Program-made: the position numbers and the translations under genes
Notes under the pieces: generated by a model
Database searches by the model: none
What the model was told of the DNA's origin: nothing
Seen by the model: the letters and a program-made list of their open reading frames with translations, nothing else
Assembly (NCBI GenBank): GCA_951406725.2
Contig: OX597831.1
Span: 14,446,001-14,510,000, forward strand
Reading direction: 5' to 3'
DNA length: 64,000 nt
Source of the DNA: Octopus vulgaris
Lineage: Eukaryota
Shown: piece by piece, positions 52,312-64,000 of the stretch
Layout of the letters: the number at the start of each line of letters is the position of its first letter
How positions within the stretch are numbered: position 1 is the first letter of the stretch

Positions 52312-52520
52312 ATATGGACTCCAAGACTCATATGGGCTCCAAGAGTCACATGGACTCCAAGAGTCATATGGACTCCAAGAGTCACTTGGACTCCAAGACT
52401 CATATGGACTCCAAGACTCATATGGGCTCCAAGAGTTACATGAACTTCAAGAGTCATATGGGCTCCAAGAGTCACTTGGACTCCAAGAGTCATATGGACT
52501 CCAAGAGTCACATGGACTCT
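52312..52520. repeat. 18-bp minisatellite (tatggactccaagagtca) x~11.6 with a 90-bp higher-order period
   Basis: Direct reading; units 1-5 recur as units 6-10. Confidence 0.95.
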
Positions 52521-52600
52521 GGCTGAGAATCATTGCTCGAGACTTAACGGTACACCTCAGCAGGATTACAGGCAAGTCCACCGCCATTAATTTTAATCCA

Positions 52601-52639
52601 TTTAATCAACGGATTAAACAGATTAATCCGTTGATTAAA
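52601..52639. repeat. Perfect 17-bp inverted repeat with a 5-nt spacer
   Basis: tttaatcaacggattaa-acaga-ttaatccgttgattaaa. Confidence 0.95.
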
Positions 52640-52658
52640 CACAAGTTTCTTTTAGTAT

Positions 52659-52858
52659 TTCATTCTTTTATTTGTTTCAGTCATTTGACTGCGGCCATGT
52701 TGGAGCACCGGCTTTAGTCGGACAAATCGACCCCAGAACTTATTCTCTGTAAGCCTAGAACTTATTCTATCGGCCTCTTTGCCGAACCGCCAAGTTACGG
52801 GGACGTAAACACACCAGCATCGGTTGTCAAGCGATGGCGGGTGGACAAAGATACACAA

Positions 52859-52860
<2 letters not shown>
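52659..52860 (-). mobile_element. SINE family B, 3' half
   Basis: tttgtttcagtcatttgactgcggccatg...cacaccagcatcggttgtcaagcgatgg. Confidence 0.9.
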
Positions 52861-52923
<63 letters not shown>

Positions 52924-54059
52924 TAAGCACTGGGGACGATTTGTTCCGCTTAAACCCTTCAGCGGGGTGCCCCAGCATGGCCGCAGTTCAAGGAGTGAAA
53001 AAAAAAAAACAGACAAAATACAAAGCTACCCTCCAACCACTTCTGATATCCTCGTTCTTAATTATATCAACGACGTCGCGGTTTCATTTCGTTACATTTT
53101 TATTCAGGGAAGAAGGTTCCGTCTATAAGTCTATAAGAACTTCAACATATTTCTTCATGGCGTGGACAGCGATAAAATAGCCAAACCGGTCAAAATATGA
53201 GAATCTAAAGGAAGGGAGATAAACGAAAAAAAAAAAGGGAGCCAAAATGGTGGAACGGTTGCTTTTATTGTTAAAATATACAAACAGATTTAAATGTTAT
53301 TGTTGTGTTATTGATAAATGTTATTATTAGACGATCGAAGGCATTCCAACTATGGTCCATTCTGTCTGTCAAGGACTATCTAAGATTCTCTGCCCAATGT
53401 ATCCTGTCCTTATTTATGAAGATGTGATTTGAAGAAGACTTGGCTGCTATCTTTAGCAAGTTAGTCATTTAGAAGTTCATTCATTGATTCGAGATCTATT
53501 CGGGACGAATTACTGGTATGTTTCGTTTCTCTGCTGTGGGCAAGTGTATGGCTCAATAGGTAGCAAGTTTACGTGACAGATGCAGAGGACCAAGTTCGAT
53601 CCTCGTGGCCGTGCAATGTGATCCTCGGGTCAACTGTAAACTTTTGAAGGAACGCGAGGGGACAATAACTCTGTGACCTTCCATACGGTGATTTACACTT
53701 GTAAGTCAAATGGTTTGCCCCGTGTTTTTCTGAATCAACCAAAGGATTCAGTTGAGGGTAGACATGAACGTGCAACACAGCTGTTTTCACGCAAACCGAG
53801 AGGCAGTTCATATCCACGTGTCGGTTGATCATTGTATTCCTCATAAATACCTGCCAGCTACAATCTCTTTCCAGTCTCTCTTTCGCTCCTTTGCTCGCAG
53901 TGTCCGTTTGTCTCTGTCTGTCAGCCATTCTCTCTACCTATAGAGCGATGGCGAGCAGTTAATGTCAGTCGAAACTAGTCTAGTATCTAGAGAATTGTGT
54001 GTGTATGTGTGTGTGTGTGTGCGTTTGTGCGCACGCGTGTATACATACATAAGTCTGAG

Positions 54060-54288
54060 CAATGTTGTTTGAGGAAGACCAGCAGTCGCCCATGCATACC
54101 AGCCTCCCCTCTTCACGCCACCGGTGTTAGCCAAAAGAAAGGCAAAGGGGCCGATACAGCTTGGCACCTGTGACGTCGCAACTCATTTCTACAGCTGAGT
54201 AAACTGGAGCAATGTGAAATAAAGTGTCTTGCTCAAGAACACAACACACAGCCCGGTCCAGGAATCGAACTCACAACCTCACGATCGC
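54060..54288 (-). mobile_element. SINE family D, partial
   Basis: gaagaccagcagtcgcccatgcataccagcctcccct...gtgaaataaagtgtcttgctcaagaacacaac. Confidence 0.88.
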
Positions 54289-54899
54289 ATGTATATATAT
54301 ATATATATATATAATTAGCTTATATCTTCTACTTGGTTCAGTCATGAGGCTGCGGTCATGCTGGGGCATAGTCTTGAAGAGTTTTAATAGAACGAACCGA
54401 CACAGCACATTCTTTAAAAAAAGGATGGTACTTGTTCTACCAGGGTCTGTGGCTGAATCAATAAACTACGGTCAATAAACACTCCAACACCGGTTGCAAA
54501 GTGGTGATATAAATGCATATACATATACATATGTACACATATGTACATATACATATACATATACAAACACACACACACACACATATATATATATAAACAG
54601 ATATAGGGTGAAAGATTGTTAATTTAATAAAATCAACAAATTTCACCTAGTAGTTTTTCGGTATGGAAAAGGACCATATTCGGTAAAAACCTATACAAAA
54701 ATTATTTTATATATATAATTGTAACAATAAGGGTTTAGCAACAATTTGCTTGACCACATACCGAAAATTTAAAAAATAGCAACCAAAAGACTATTATTTC
54801 CTTTTATTACAAAAATATGTCTCCTCAGACAACAATATTTGTAACTCACACATGGCAAAAAGAAGAAAAATAATGAAATCAAACAGTCCTCGATTAATT

Positions 54900-54945
54900 A
54901 TGGACGCGTTTCTGGATTAGAATCATAAGATTCATTTCCGTATCA

Positions 54946-54949
<4 letters not shown>
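54900..54949 (-). ncRNA. Degenerate hammerhead motif
   Basis: AUG-UUGAUA-C-GGA-AAU-GAAUC-UUAU-GAUUC-UAA-UCC-A-GAA-ACGCGU-C-CAU; the core is one base short. Confidence 0.5.
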
Positions 54950-54991
<42 letters not shown>

Positions 54992-54994
54992 CAC

Positions 54995-55137
<143 letters not shown>

Positions 55138-55173
55138 GCAAGATTTTTTATGTGAAGTCGTGTGTTGAAACAG

Positions 55174-55336
55174 ATATTGTTATATTTCGGAATGGTCATA
55201 TTGCCAGTTTATCCGAAATAAGATTAAGATTAATGTAAAAAATAAATAACACTGAAGCAAAATAACACCAAATATATAGTGCGTGTGTTTTTATTGGCTA
55301 AACTGGCAATATGACCATTCCGAAATATAACAATAT
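55174..55336. repeat. Perfect 38-bp inverted repeat with an 87-bp spacer, between TA tracts
   Basis: atattgttatatttcggaatggtcatattgccagttta / taaactggcaatatgaccattccgaaatataacaatat. Confidence 0.95.
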
Positions 55337-55460
55337 ATATATATATATATACATGGCTCCGGGTTCAGTTCCACTGCGTGGCACCTTGGCCAAGTGTCTT
55401 CTTCTAAGCCTTGTGAGTGGATTTGGTAGACGGAAACTGAAAGAAGCCCGTCGTATATAC

Positions 55461-55538
<78 letters not shown>

Positions 55539-55917
55539 GTACATATATTTACAAGGCGGGTCTGTTTTAAGTTCTGTCTGCTAAATCCGCTCACAAGGTT
55601 TCAGCTATAGTAGACGACACTTGGCCAAGGTGCCACACAGTGGGTCAGAGCCCGCAACCATTTAGTTGGGGAGCAAACTTCTTACCACGCAGCCAGTATC
55701 AGAAATGAAATAAATGACAAGGCAATAAGGAAATGTCCTGAATGCCATTCGCTTTTGATCTGTTTCTGCCAAAGAATTCGATGCGCTCGTTGTTGGGTGA
55801 TTGCTATTTATTTCATTTCTTTCTTTTAACTGCTCAGAACTTGACCCACTCTTTGTTCAGAAACATAGATATATTCAGTTCTAGCACCAGCTTATTAGTA
55901 TCGCTAAGCTTAAGCGA

Positions 55918-55983
<66 letters not shown>

Positions 55984-56011
55984 TAATAATAATAAATAAT
56001 AATAATAATAA

Positions 56012-56566
56012 ATGCCCTGATGCAGTACCAGGCAGAGGCTCTCATGGCTTCTGATCTTAACTGATTGGAAGTGTTATCATGTACATTGTTTTGTCTTGGT
56101 ATAAAAGATGGGCTACAGCAAATATTCTGCTCAATACCACAGATTTGCTTGTCAGTTGTTTGACCTTAACCAGTTGATCATGTCCCTTAGTGGCTGGCGA
56201 TATGTGCATCTCTGATCACGAGCAGAAGTAAGGGGGAGCATCATAGCCGTGTGTTGAGAGGGATTCTTTGGGGTTTGAATAATTCACCTCTGGAAACATG
56301 GGTGTTTCGTTCAACATCCTTAAACAACCCTTATTCAGGGACCTTTCGAGTGGGATGGTTTACTCGACCTGAAGAAAATTCTAACTGAGCCCCACCTGCA
56401 AGGTCATGTGCTGTTTATCTTGATATGAGATCACCATGTCGTGCACATATGGTTGTGATGCATGTGCCTGGTGTACCCTTATCAAACGGGTAGTCATGAT
56501 GGGTATGCTGGGCTTCGTATATTTTACCCCAGTGTCACTTTGATGGCATGCACTGCTCTCTCACTC
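56012..56566. mobile_element. Non-autonomous element inserted in (TAA)n, copy 1
   Basis: atgccctgatgcagtacca ... ccccagtgtcactttgatggcatgcactgctctctcactc; (TAA)n on both sides; no long ORF, tRNA head or TIR seen. Confidence 0.8.
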
Positions 56567-56654
<88 letters not shown>

Positions 56655-56655
<1 letters not shown>

Positions 56656-57176
56656 ATGCTTTGATGCAGTACCAGACAGTGGCTCTCATGGCTCCTGATC
56701 TTGACAGGTTGTAAGTGTTATCATGTACGTTGTTTTGTCTTGGTATAAAAGATGGGCTGCAGCAAATATTCTGCTCAATACCACAGATTTGCTTATCAGT
56801 TGTTTGACCTTAACCAGTTGATCATGTCCTTTGGTGGCTGACGATATGTGTATCTCTGATCACGAGCAGAACTATTTGGGGAGAATCATAACCATTAATT
56901 GAGAGGAAATTCTTTGGAGTTTGAATAATTGACCTCAAGAATAAGAGGTGTTTCGCTCAACATCTTTAAACAACCCTTATTCATGGACATGTTGAGGTCC
57001 CACCTGCAAGGTCATGCGCTGTTTATCTTGACATGAGATCACTATGTCGCGCACATATGGTTGTGATGCATGTGCCTGGTTTACCCTTATCAGACGGGTA
57101 GTCATGATGGATATACAGGACTTCGCGTATATTTTACCCCAGTGTCAATTTGATGGCATGCACTGCTCTCTCATTC
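56655..57176. mobile_element. Non-autonomous element inserted in (TAA)n, copy 2
   Basis: Same ends as copy 1, with many substitutions and an internal deletion of ~35 bp. Confidence 0.8.
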
Positions 57177-57180
57177 AATT

Positions 57181-57240
<60 letters not shown>

Positions 57241-57351
57241 TATATATATATATATGTATATGTGTGTGTATATATATGTATATATATATAAGTGTATGTA
57301 TGTATGTATGTGTCTATGTATGTATGCATCTTTATCTCCTCTCTCTCTCTC

Positions 57352-57411
<60 letters not shown>

Positions 57412-57774
57412 CACCCCCATTTATATGCACAAACATAGTCACACGGTTACACAAACACCACACACACACACACACATAGATATCTATGTTTAATGTCACA
57501 CAAAGTTTGTCTGAGGATTATGTCAAATGTAATTAGAAGCACCTGTGTGTGCGCGCGCGCCCGCGTTTAGTTCTAGTGAATCACGTAGGAGATTAAATCA
57601 ATCAGTAGAGATATTTCGGTGGATCGAACCATCTGGAACATCGAATGTCACAGCTGACGTCGAGATCAATCAAAATCCCTGGTGTTCTATTGAAAGTAGG
57701 GGATCAGGCGACCGAATTGCTGTGGTCCCTAGAATCAGGTACAATACAATGTAACCCTAGAACCCACTTTCCCG

Positions 57775-58169
57775 CCCTCTGTCTGTGTGTCTGTGTGTCT
57801 GTCTGTCTCTCTTTCTCTCCCTATCTTTGTTTCTCTTTCCCTCTCTCTCGTCTCTCTCTCTCTTTCTTGCTTGCCTGTCTGTTTGTCTCTCATTGTTTCT
57901 CTCTTTCTCTCTCTCTGTCTCTTTTTCTATCTGTCTGTCTGTCTGTCTGTCAATCTGTCTGTCTCTCCCTGTCTTTGTTTCTCTCTCTCTCTCTTTCTTT
58001 GGCTGTCTGTCTGTTTGTCTCTCTGTCTTTTTCTTTCTCTCTCTCTCTGTCACTCTTTTTCTGTCTGTCTGTCTGTCTCTCCGTCGGTCTCTCTCTGTCT
58101 CTCTCAGTCACTCCTTCTGCCTACTTATCAGCCAATCAGTCTGTCTGTTTTTGTCCTTCTCTCTCTCTC

Positions 58170-58218
<49 letters not shown>

Positions 58219-58220
58219 GG
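57775..58220. repeat. (CT)n/(GTCT)n polypyrimidine low-complexity tract
   Basis: Direct reading. Confidence 0.9.
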
Positions 58221-59356
58221 TTGAGCATCATCATATTGCGCACTCGTACGATATATCATACGAGCAGGAAGATGGGGTATGGGGAGAAGCAGAAAAATTG
58301 GGGGGGAAAGAAGGATTGTAAGAAGAAATTAGGGAACAGAGATAAAGGAGTAAGGGAGAGAGGGAGAGAGAATCACGGAAATGCATGATGAGAACCAGAA
58401 ACAACAACAGCTGAAGAAGGAAGAAGATATGACAGGAAGAGAGAGAGGGGGAGGGAGGGGGAGGGAGAAAGAGAGGGAGAGAGTGTGGGAGAAAGAGGAG
58501 GAGGGGCTAGAAATGATAATGAAGGCAAAAACAGTAAATATAATGAATCGAACTTGTCACGCTTTACTCTTGTGCGCGCGCGCGCGTAATGATGACGATG
58601 ATGATGATGATGATTATGATGATGATAATGATGATGATGATGATGATGATGATGTGGAAGGTAATGATGATGATGGGAAGAGGATGATAGTGATGATGAT
58701 GACGGTGATGAAGATGATGATGATGATGATGACGACGACCACGTCATCATCTTGATGATGATGATGGTGATGCTGCTGCTGATGATGATGAAGATGTTGA
58801 TGACGATGATGATGAGGAGGAGGAGGAGGGGAAATAGAGTGAGAACAAGAGGGGAAGAATAGGAGAACGACGAAGACGGCGAAGAGGGATGGCGATGATG
58901 ATGATGATGTTAATGGTGATGATGGTTGCCACCATGAAGTCCAGGTCTCTATTGATGATTCTTTGATTTGGTACAAAACACACACAAACAAATGCATCCA
59001 TCCATCCACCCATCCATACATACATATATGTTTTCATAGACGCACATACATATATACGTATATACACACACATATACACATATACATGCATACACGCATA
59101 CATACGTATATATGCATACACGCATACATATACATATACATACACACCCATACATACATATACATGCATACACACATGCATACATACGTGCACAAATACA
59201 CACACATACATACAAACACACATATATACATATAAACAAATGCAGAACCATGCTTGAAATACGAATATATACACAAGTACCACCACCATTTCCACTGACA
59301 ACAGCACCACCATCAACGCCGCTGCCGCTTCCGCTACTACTACCACTACTACTACA

Positions 59357-59430
<74 letters not shown>

Positions 59431-59524
59431 AAGCAATGGTCATCGAGGATGTTCAACTGTGTACTAACAGAACACGCCTGCGGGCGTACACACACAAACA
59501 CACACACACGTGCAATACACACAC

Positions 59525-59569
<45 letters not shown>

Positions 59570-59742
59570 GACATATTTTAAAATCAGATTCCATGCACAC
59601 AGCCATACATACATACATGCATACTTTTATATTTATATATATATATATTTATATAAAGGTATATATATGTCTGTATCTATTTATAATGTATCAATCAGTC
59701 AATCAATCAATCTATCTATCTATCTATCCATCCATCCATCTG

Positions 59743-59825
<83 letters not shown>

Positions 59826-60827
59826 GTCTGTCTGTATGTCTATCTGTCTGTCTATCTATCTATCTATCTATCTGGTCTTACAGTATACAATCCTATATAA
59901 AGAGAATTAGTAACATAAAACGGTACAGACATACACTTATCTAAACACACACACACACTCTCACCTATCCACACCCACCCACGCATATATATACACACAT
60001 ATGTTGACAAACTGCATTATTGAACTGCAGACACTCAGTCACCTACGCATGCATACACATACACACACACATAAGCACATTTATACAGCAATCTATAGCA
60101 CCGCTTCCCACACCTTCACACTCACACACATTCGCAGTATGCAATCTATAACAAACGTCTGTACACAAACACACAGCTATTTATATATACATACATATAC
60201 ACACATTGACCAAAAATCCATAAGCGCGCACAACTTATACGCAAGTGCACTACTCTCACACACATCTACGTGCATACACTCGATCAATATACATCTACAA
60301 ACACATGTATACAATAATACGCCATACATATATATATATACACTTACTCACGGCATACATTCACACACGGAGCCACACAGCACTCATAAGCTAACAAGGA
60401 AGCTTCTATAAGGTCATTGAACTCATTAGAAATAGTAGCGAGATTCCCCTTAAATTGTACTCGGATGCCTTATTATCGAAAGAGAAAGTGAAAGTACGGT
60501 TAATATAGCTAGTAAGATATATATGTGTGTGTGTGTGTGTGTGAGTGAATAAAGGGCGAGATGGTCGAGAGTAGAATGACTTTGATAGTAGTATGGCTCG
60601 ATCGGGAGTGTCTCGTGGCTAAACAACTATAACTACGACAATAACAGCAACAACAATGAGCACATCAACAAAAATAACTGTAGTGTCTATAATAACATAT
60701 TCATATCCATAGGATAACATTGTACACGATGTATACAGCAAAAAGGCATGTGAATAGAGGCATACACACACAACACACACACACACATTTGTATATGTAT
60801 ATATGTGTCTATATGTATACATATTAA

Positions 60828-60875
<48 letters not shown>

Positions 60876-60905
60876 CACACATACATATACACTCACACAC
60901 ACACT

Positions 60906-60951
<46 letters not shown>

Positions 60952-61419
60952 CAGGCATATATATGGGTGTGTGTATTTGTATATGCATGTGTGTATGTTT
61001 GTGTGTATATGATTTACACACTCTGACACATACAGCTGTAATCAATCAATCACATGCGCTCCTGATCGAACACACACACAAAGCATTTACAGGCATAGAC
61101 GCATACTTAGTCTGAAAGCACGCACGTGCGCGCGCACACACACACATTCAGAAACTCACACACATACATTCTCTCTCTCTCTCTTCTCTCTCTCTCCGTA
61201 CGCATACAAACACAAATCCACACACACACACACACAAGCACACACACTGCGTAATTACGATTAGGCACAATTATATACACATAGGCATGTAAACATGAGC
61301 ACACTGTCACGTGCGTACGGAAGTATACATACACACACTCACAAAAACATACAAATACTCTTACAGATACACACACACACATAAGCACATAAGTATACTA
61401 CTATACACACACACACGCT

Positions 61420-61464
<45 letters not shown>

Positions 61465-61544
61465 ACACACACACACACGATATAGCTGTCGAGAGCCTCG
61501 TTTGCATGATTCTGCAACCGCCCACGCGGTTTCCTTCATCAGAT

Positions 61545-62370
61545 GCTACAGCATACTACAACATATACTGTAGCACTCATCACCACAGAACAACACTACA
61601 GTAAACCACATCACTGTATATACCACTTTATACCACGCTACACTATTGCACATACTGCAACACGACTTTATACTACGGCATGTACTACCATACACCATAC
61701 AAGTGTACTTGTTGCACTTCAACACTACAGCCCATACCACAACACTACACTGCATTACGCTACACTACAGCATATCCAAAACCATACCACATCACACTAT
61801 AACACATACAATGACACTACAGTATACTACAGCATGTACTACCATACACCATACAAGAGTCCCTGTTGCACCACTACACTACACTACAGCACATACAATG
61901 ACACTAGATCATACTACAGCATACTACAATATACCATACACGACTTACTGTACTTTACTACAATGCACATTCGACTATTCTGCACTACAGCATACACTAC
62001 AACACTCACAATACCACATGGCAGTACTACATAATAAACTGTACTACGTCATACACAACAACAATCAAAATACCTCGTGAAAGTAGAACATTCTACACTG
62101 TACTACATCATACACTACAAAACTCATAATATCACGTGACAGTAGTACATGCTACACTATACTATGTCATACGCAACAACACTACATTATACCACATGAT
62201 GACACTGACACACCAGTATACTACATCACAATATACATTATATTTTAGCACACGAGAGTAAATGCTACAGTAGACCTTACGATACTATAACATATACTAT
62301 AGTATACAACAGCCTGTACAGTACCATATACTACGATGTTGTAGCATGAATACATATACCATACGATATA
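61545..62370. repeat. Decayed TACAC/TACTAC-based satellite containing a 59-bp tandem (61991-62200)
   Basis: catacac.ac-type units start at 61991, 62050, 62109 and 62168. Confidence 0.8.
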
Positions 62371-62396
62371 TATAGATACATACATACATACATACA

Positions 62397-62473
<77 letters not shown>

Positions 62474-62504
62474 ATGTATATGGAAAAATCATTTAGCTGT
62501 TATC

Positions 62505-62680
62505 TTTTACTTTAGACTGCGGCCATGCTGGGGCATGGCTTGAAATATTTAGTTGAGTGAATCGACTTATTTACTTGTTATGCTTGCAGGGACGTAAACA
62601 CACTAACACCATCTGCCATTCAGTGGTGGGAGTAAAACATAGGCACAAAGGCACACACACATATATACGCGCATACATAC

Positions 62681-62769
<89 letters not shown>

Positions 62770-62940
62770 ATATATATATGAATGTATGTGTGTATGTATA
62801 CACCGGGTTTCTTTCGGTTCCTGTCTACCAAATCCTCAAGGCTTTGGTCGAACCGAGGCTGTATCAGAAGACTCTTTCCCACGGTGCCACGTTGTGGGAC
62901 TGTGGCCAAGAAGCAATCTTCTTCCTACACACCCACGCCT
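62505..62940 (-). mobile_element. SINE family B, older copy
   Basis: gactgcggccatgctgggg tail; ttctttcggttcctgtctaccaaatcc body. Confidence 0.8.
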
Positions 62941-63146
62941 ATACACCAGGTAAATTCGAAAGCAGATGGTTTAATAGATTTGGCAATATAGACACTAGAT
63001 ACAAGTCTACACCAGACGATATATACATCAAACAACATATATTTCATACAATATACACACCAGACAATATCTATATCCGATTAATATATACCGCCATAAA
63101 AATCTGCATCAGATATATTTGCCCCCCGATGGTGTATACAGCATAA

Positions 63147-63188
<42 letters not shown>

Positions 63189-63189
63189 G

Positions 63190-63241
<52 letters not shown>

Positions 63242-63301
63242 ACTGTCTGTTTGTCTGCCTGTCTGTCTGCCTGCCTGTATGTCTGCCTGTCTATCTATCT
63301 G

Positions 63302-63358
<57 letters not shown>

Positions 63359-64000
63359 TTGGCTGACTGGCTGTCTGTCTGTTTGTCTGTCTGACTGACT
63401 GGCTGTCTGTCTGTGTGTATGGATGGATGCGTGTAAACCAGGGAAGCCAACGAGGAACTAGTATGTAGTCGCTCAGTTTACTAGAAATAGCAGTTAATTT
63501 GTTTTCTCAACTCACACCCATGAACTTTGATAAACACAGGTAATGTAGACCCGTGTGCCACAAAACGACGGAATGGTCAGGGATGGAAAGAGGTAAATCA
63601 AAAGTCTGAACGATCAAGGTTGGCTGAGAATGTGAAGTGCAAGAATAACTACGGTAAAGCATTTTGTTCGACGCACTAAAGTTTCTTCCAGTCCGCGGAT
63701 TTTTAACGTTTCAATAGGGTGCAGTTGTAAGGGAAGACGGTCGATTCATTGATTATATCGATCTTAATACATGACTGGTACTTAATTTTCATCGATTCCG
63801 AATCGATGAAAGGTCAAGATACTCCTAAAGACTGAAGAAATGCCGCGATGCAATTTGTTCGACGCACTAACGACTCAGCTTGCTGTGTAATAATGAATAT
63901 TTTATATTTTGACACAAGGCCAGCAATTTTAATTAAAGCGAGTTAGCCGATTACATCGACCCTAGAACTCAAAGGGTGCTTAGTCTGTCGACCCCAGAAA

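Noticed and set aside
52312-52520. CRISPR-like appearance of the palindromic 18-bp repeat
   Set aside because: Units are contiguous with no unique spacers, there are no cas genes, and the context is eukaryotic.
57570-57740. Possible internal exon (open frame ending at CAG|GTACAA)
   Set aside because: Weak donor, no polypyrimidine acceptor and no recognisable peptide.

Overview
AT-rich, microsatellite-saturated eukaryotic DNA. The SINE families and dense (TA)n/(CA)n/(ATGT)n/(TAA)n tracts point to an octopus (coleoid cephalopod) genome; this is recognition from memory, not a database result. I find no intact protein-coding gene: almost every ORF in the track is a microsatellite translation. 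The window holds dozens of tRNA-derived SINE copies from at least six families, decayed LINE fragments (RTE, CR1, L1/Tx1-like, R4/Dong-like), two non-autonomous Helitrons, two Helentron-type HINEs and DNA-transposon end fragments. It also holds many Penelope-like element (PLE) remnants, often folded back as long inverted repeats inside TA tracts. Two TE-poor islands ending in strong splice donors (about 32.2-33.0 kb and 40.3-41.6 kb, + strand) look like non-coding 5' exons of a gene whose CDS lies outside the window. The most interesting signal is about 13 minimal type-I hammerhead-ribozyme motifs from several unrelated families. They include one with an intact core, a family with a compensatory A3-U8 swap of the conserved C3-G8 pair, a family fixed for U at position 6, and a tRNA-headed SINE with a hammerhead-like tail. 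A non-autonomous element stacked twice in one (TAA)n array is also notable. Boundaries of decayed repeats are approximate.
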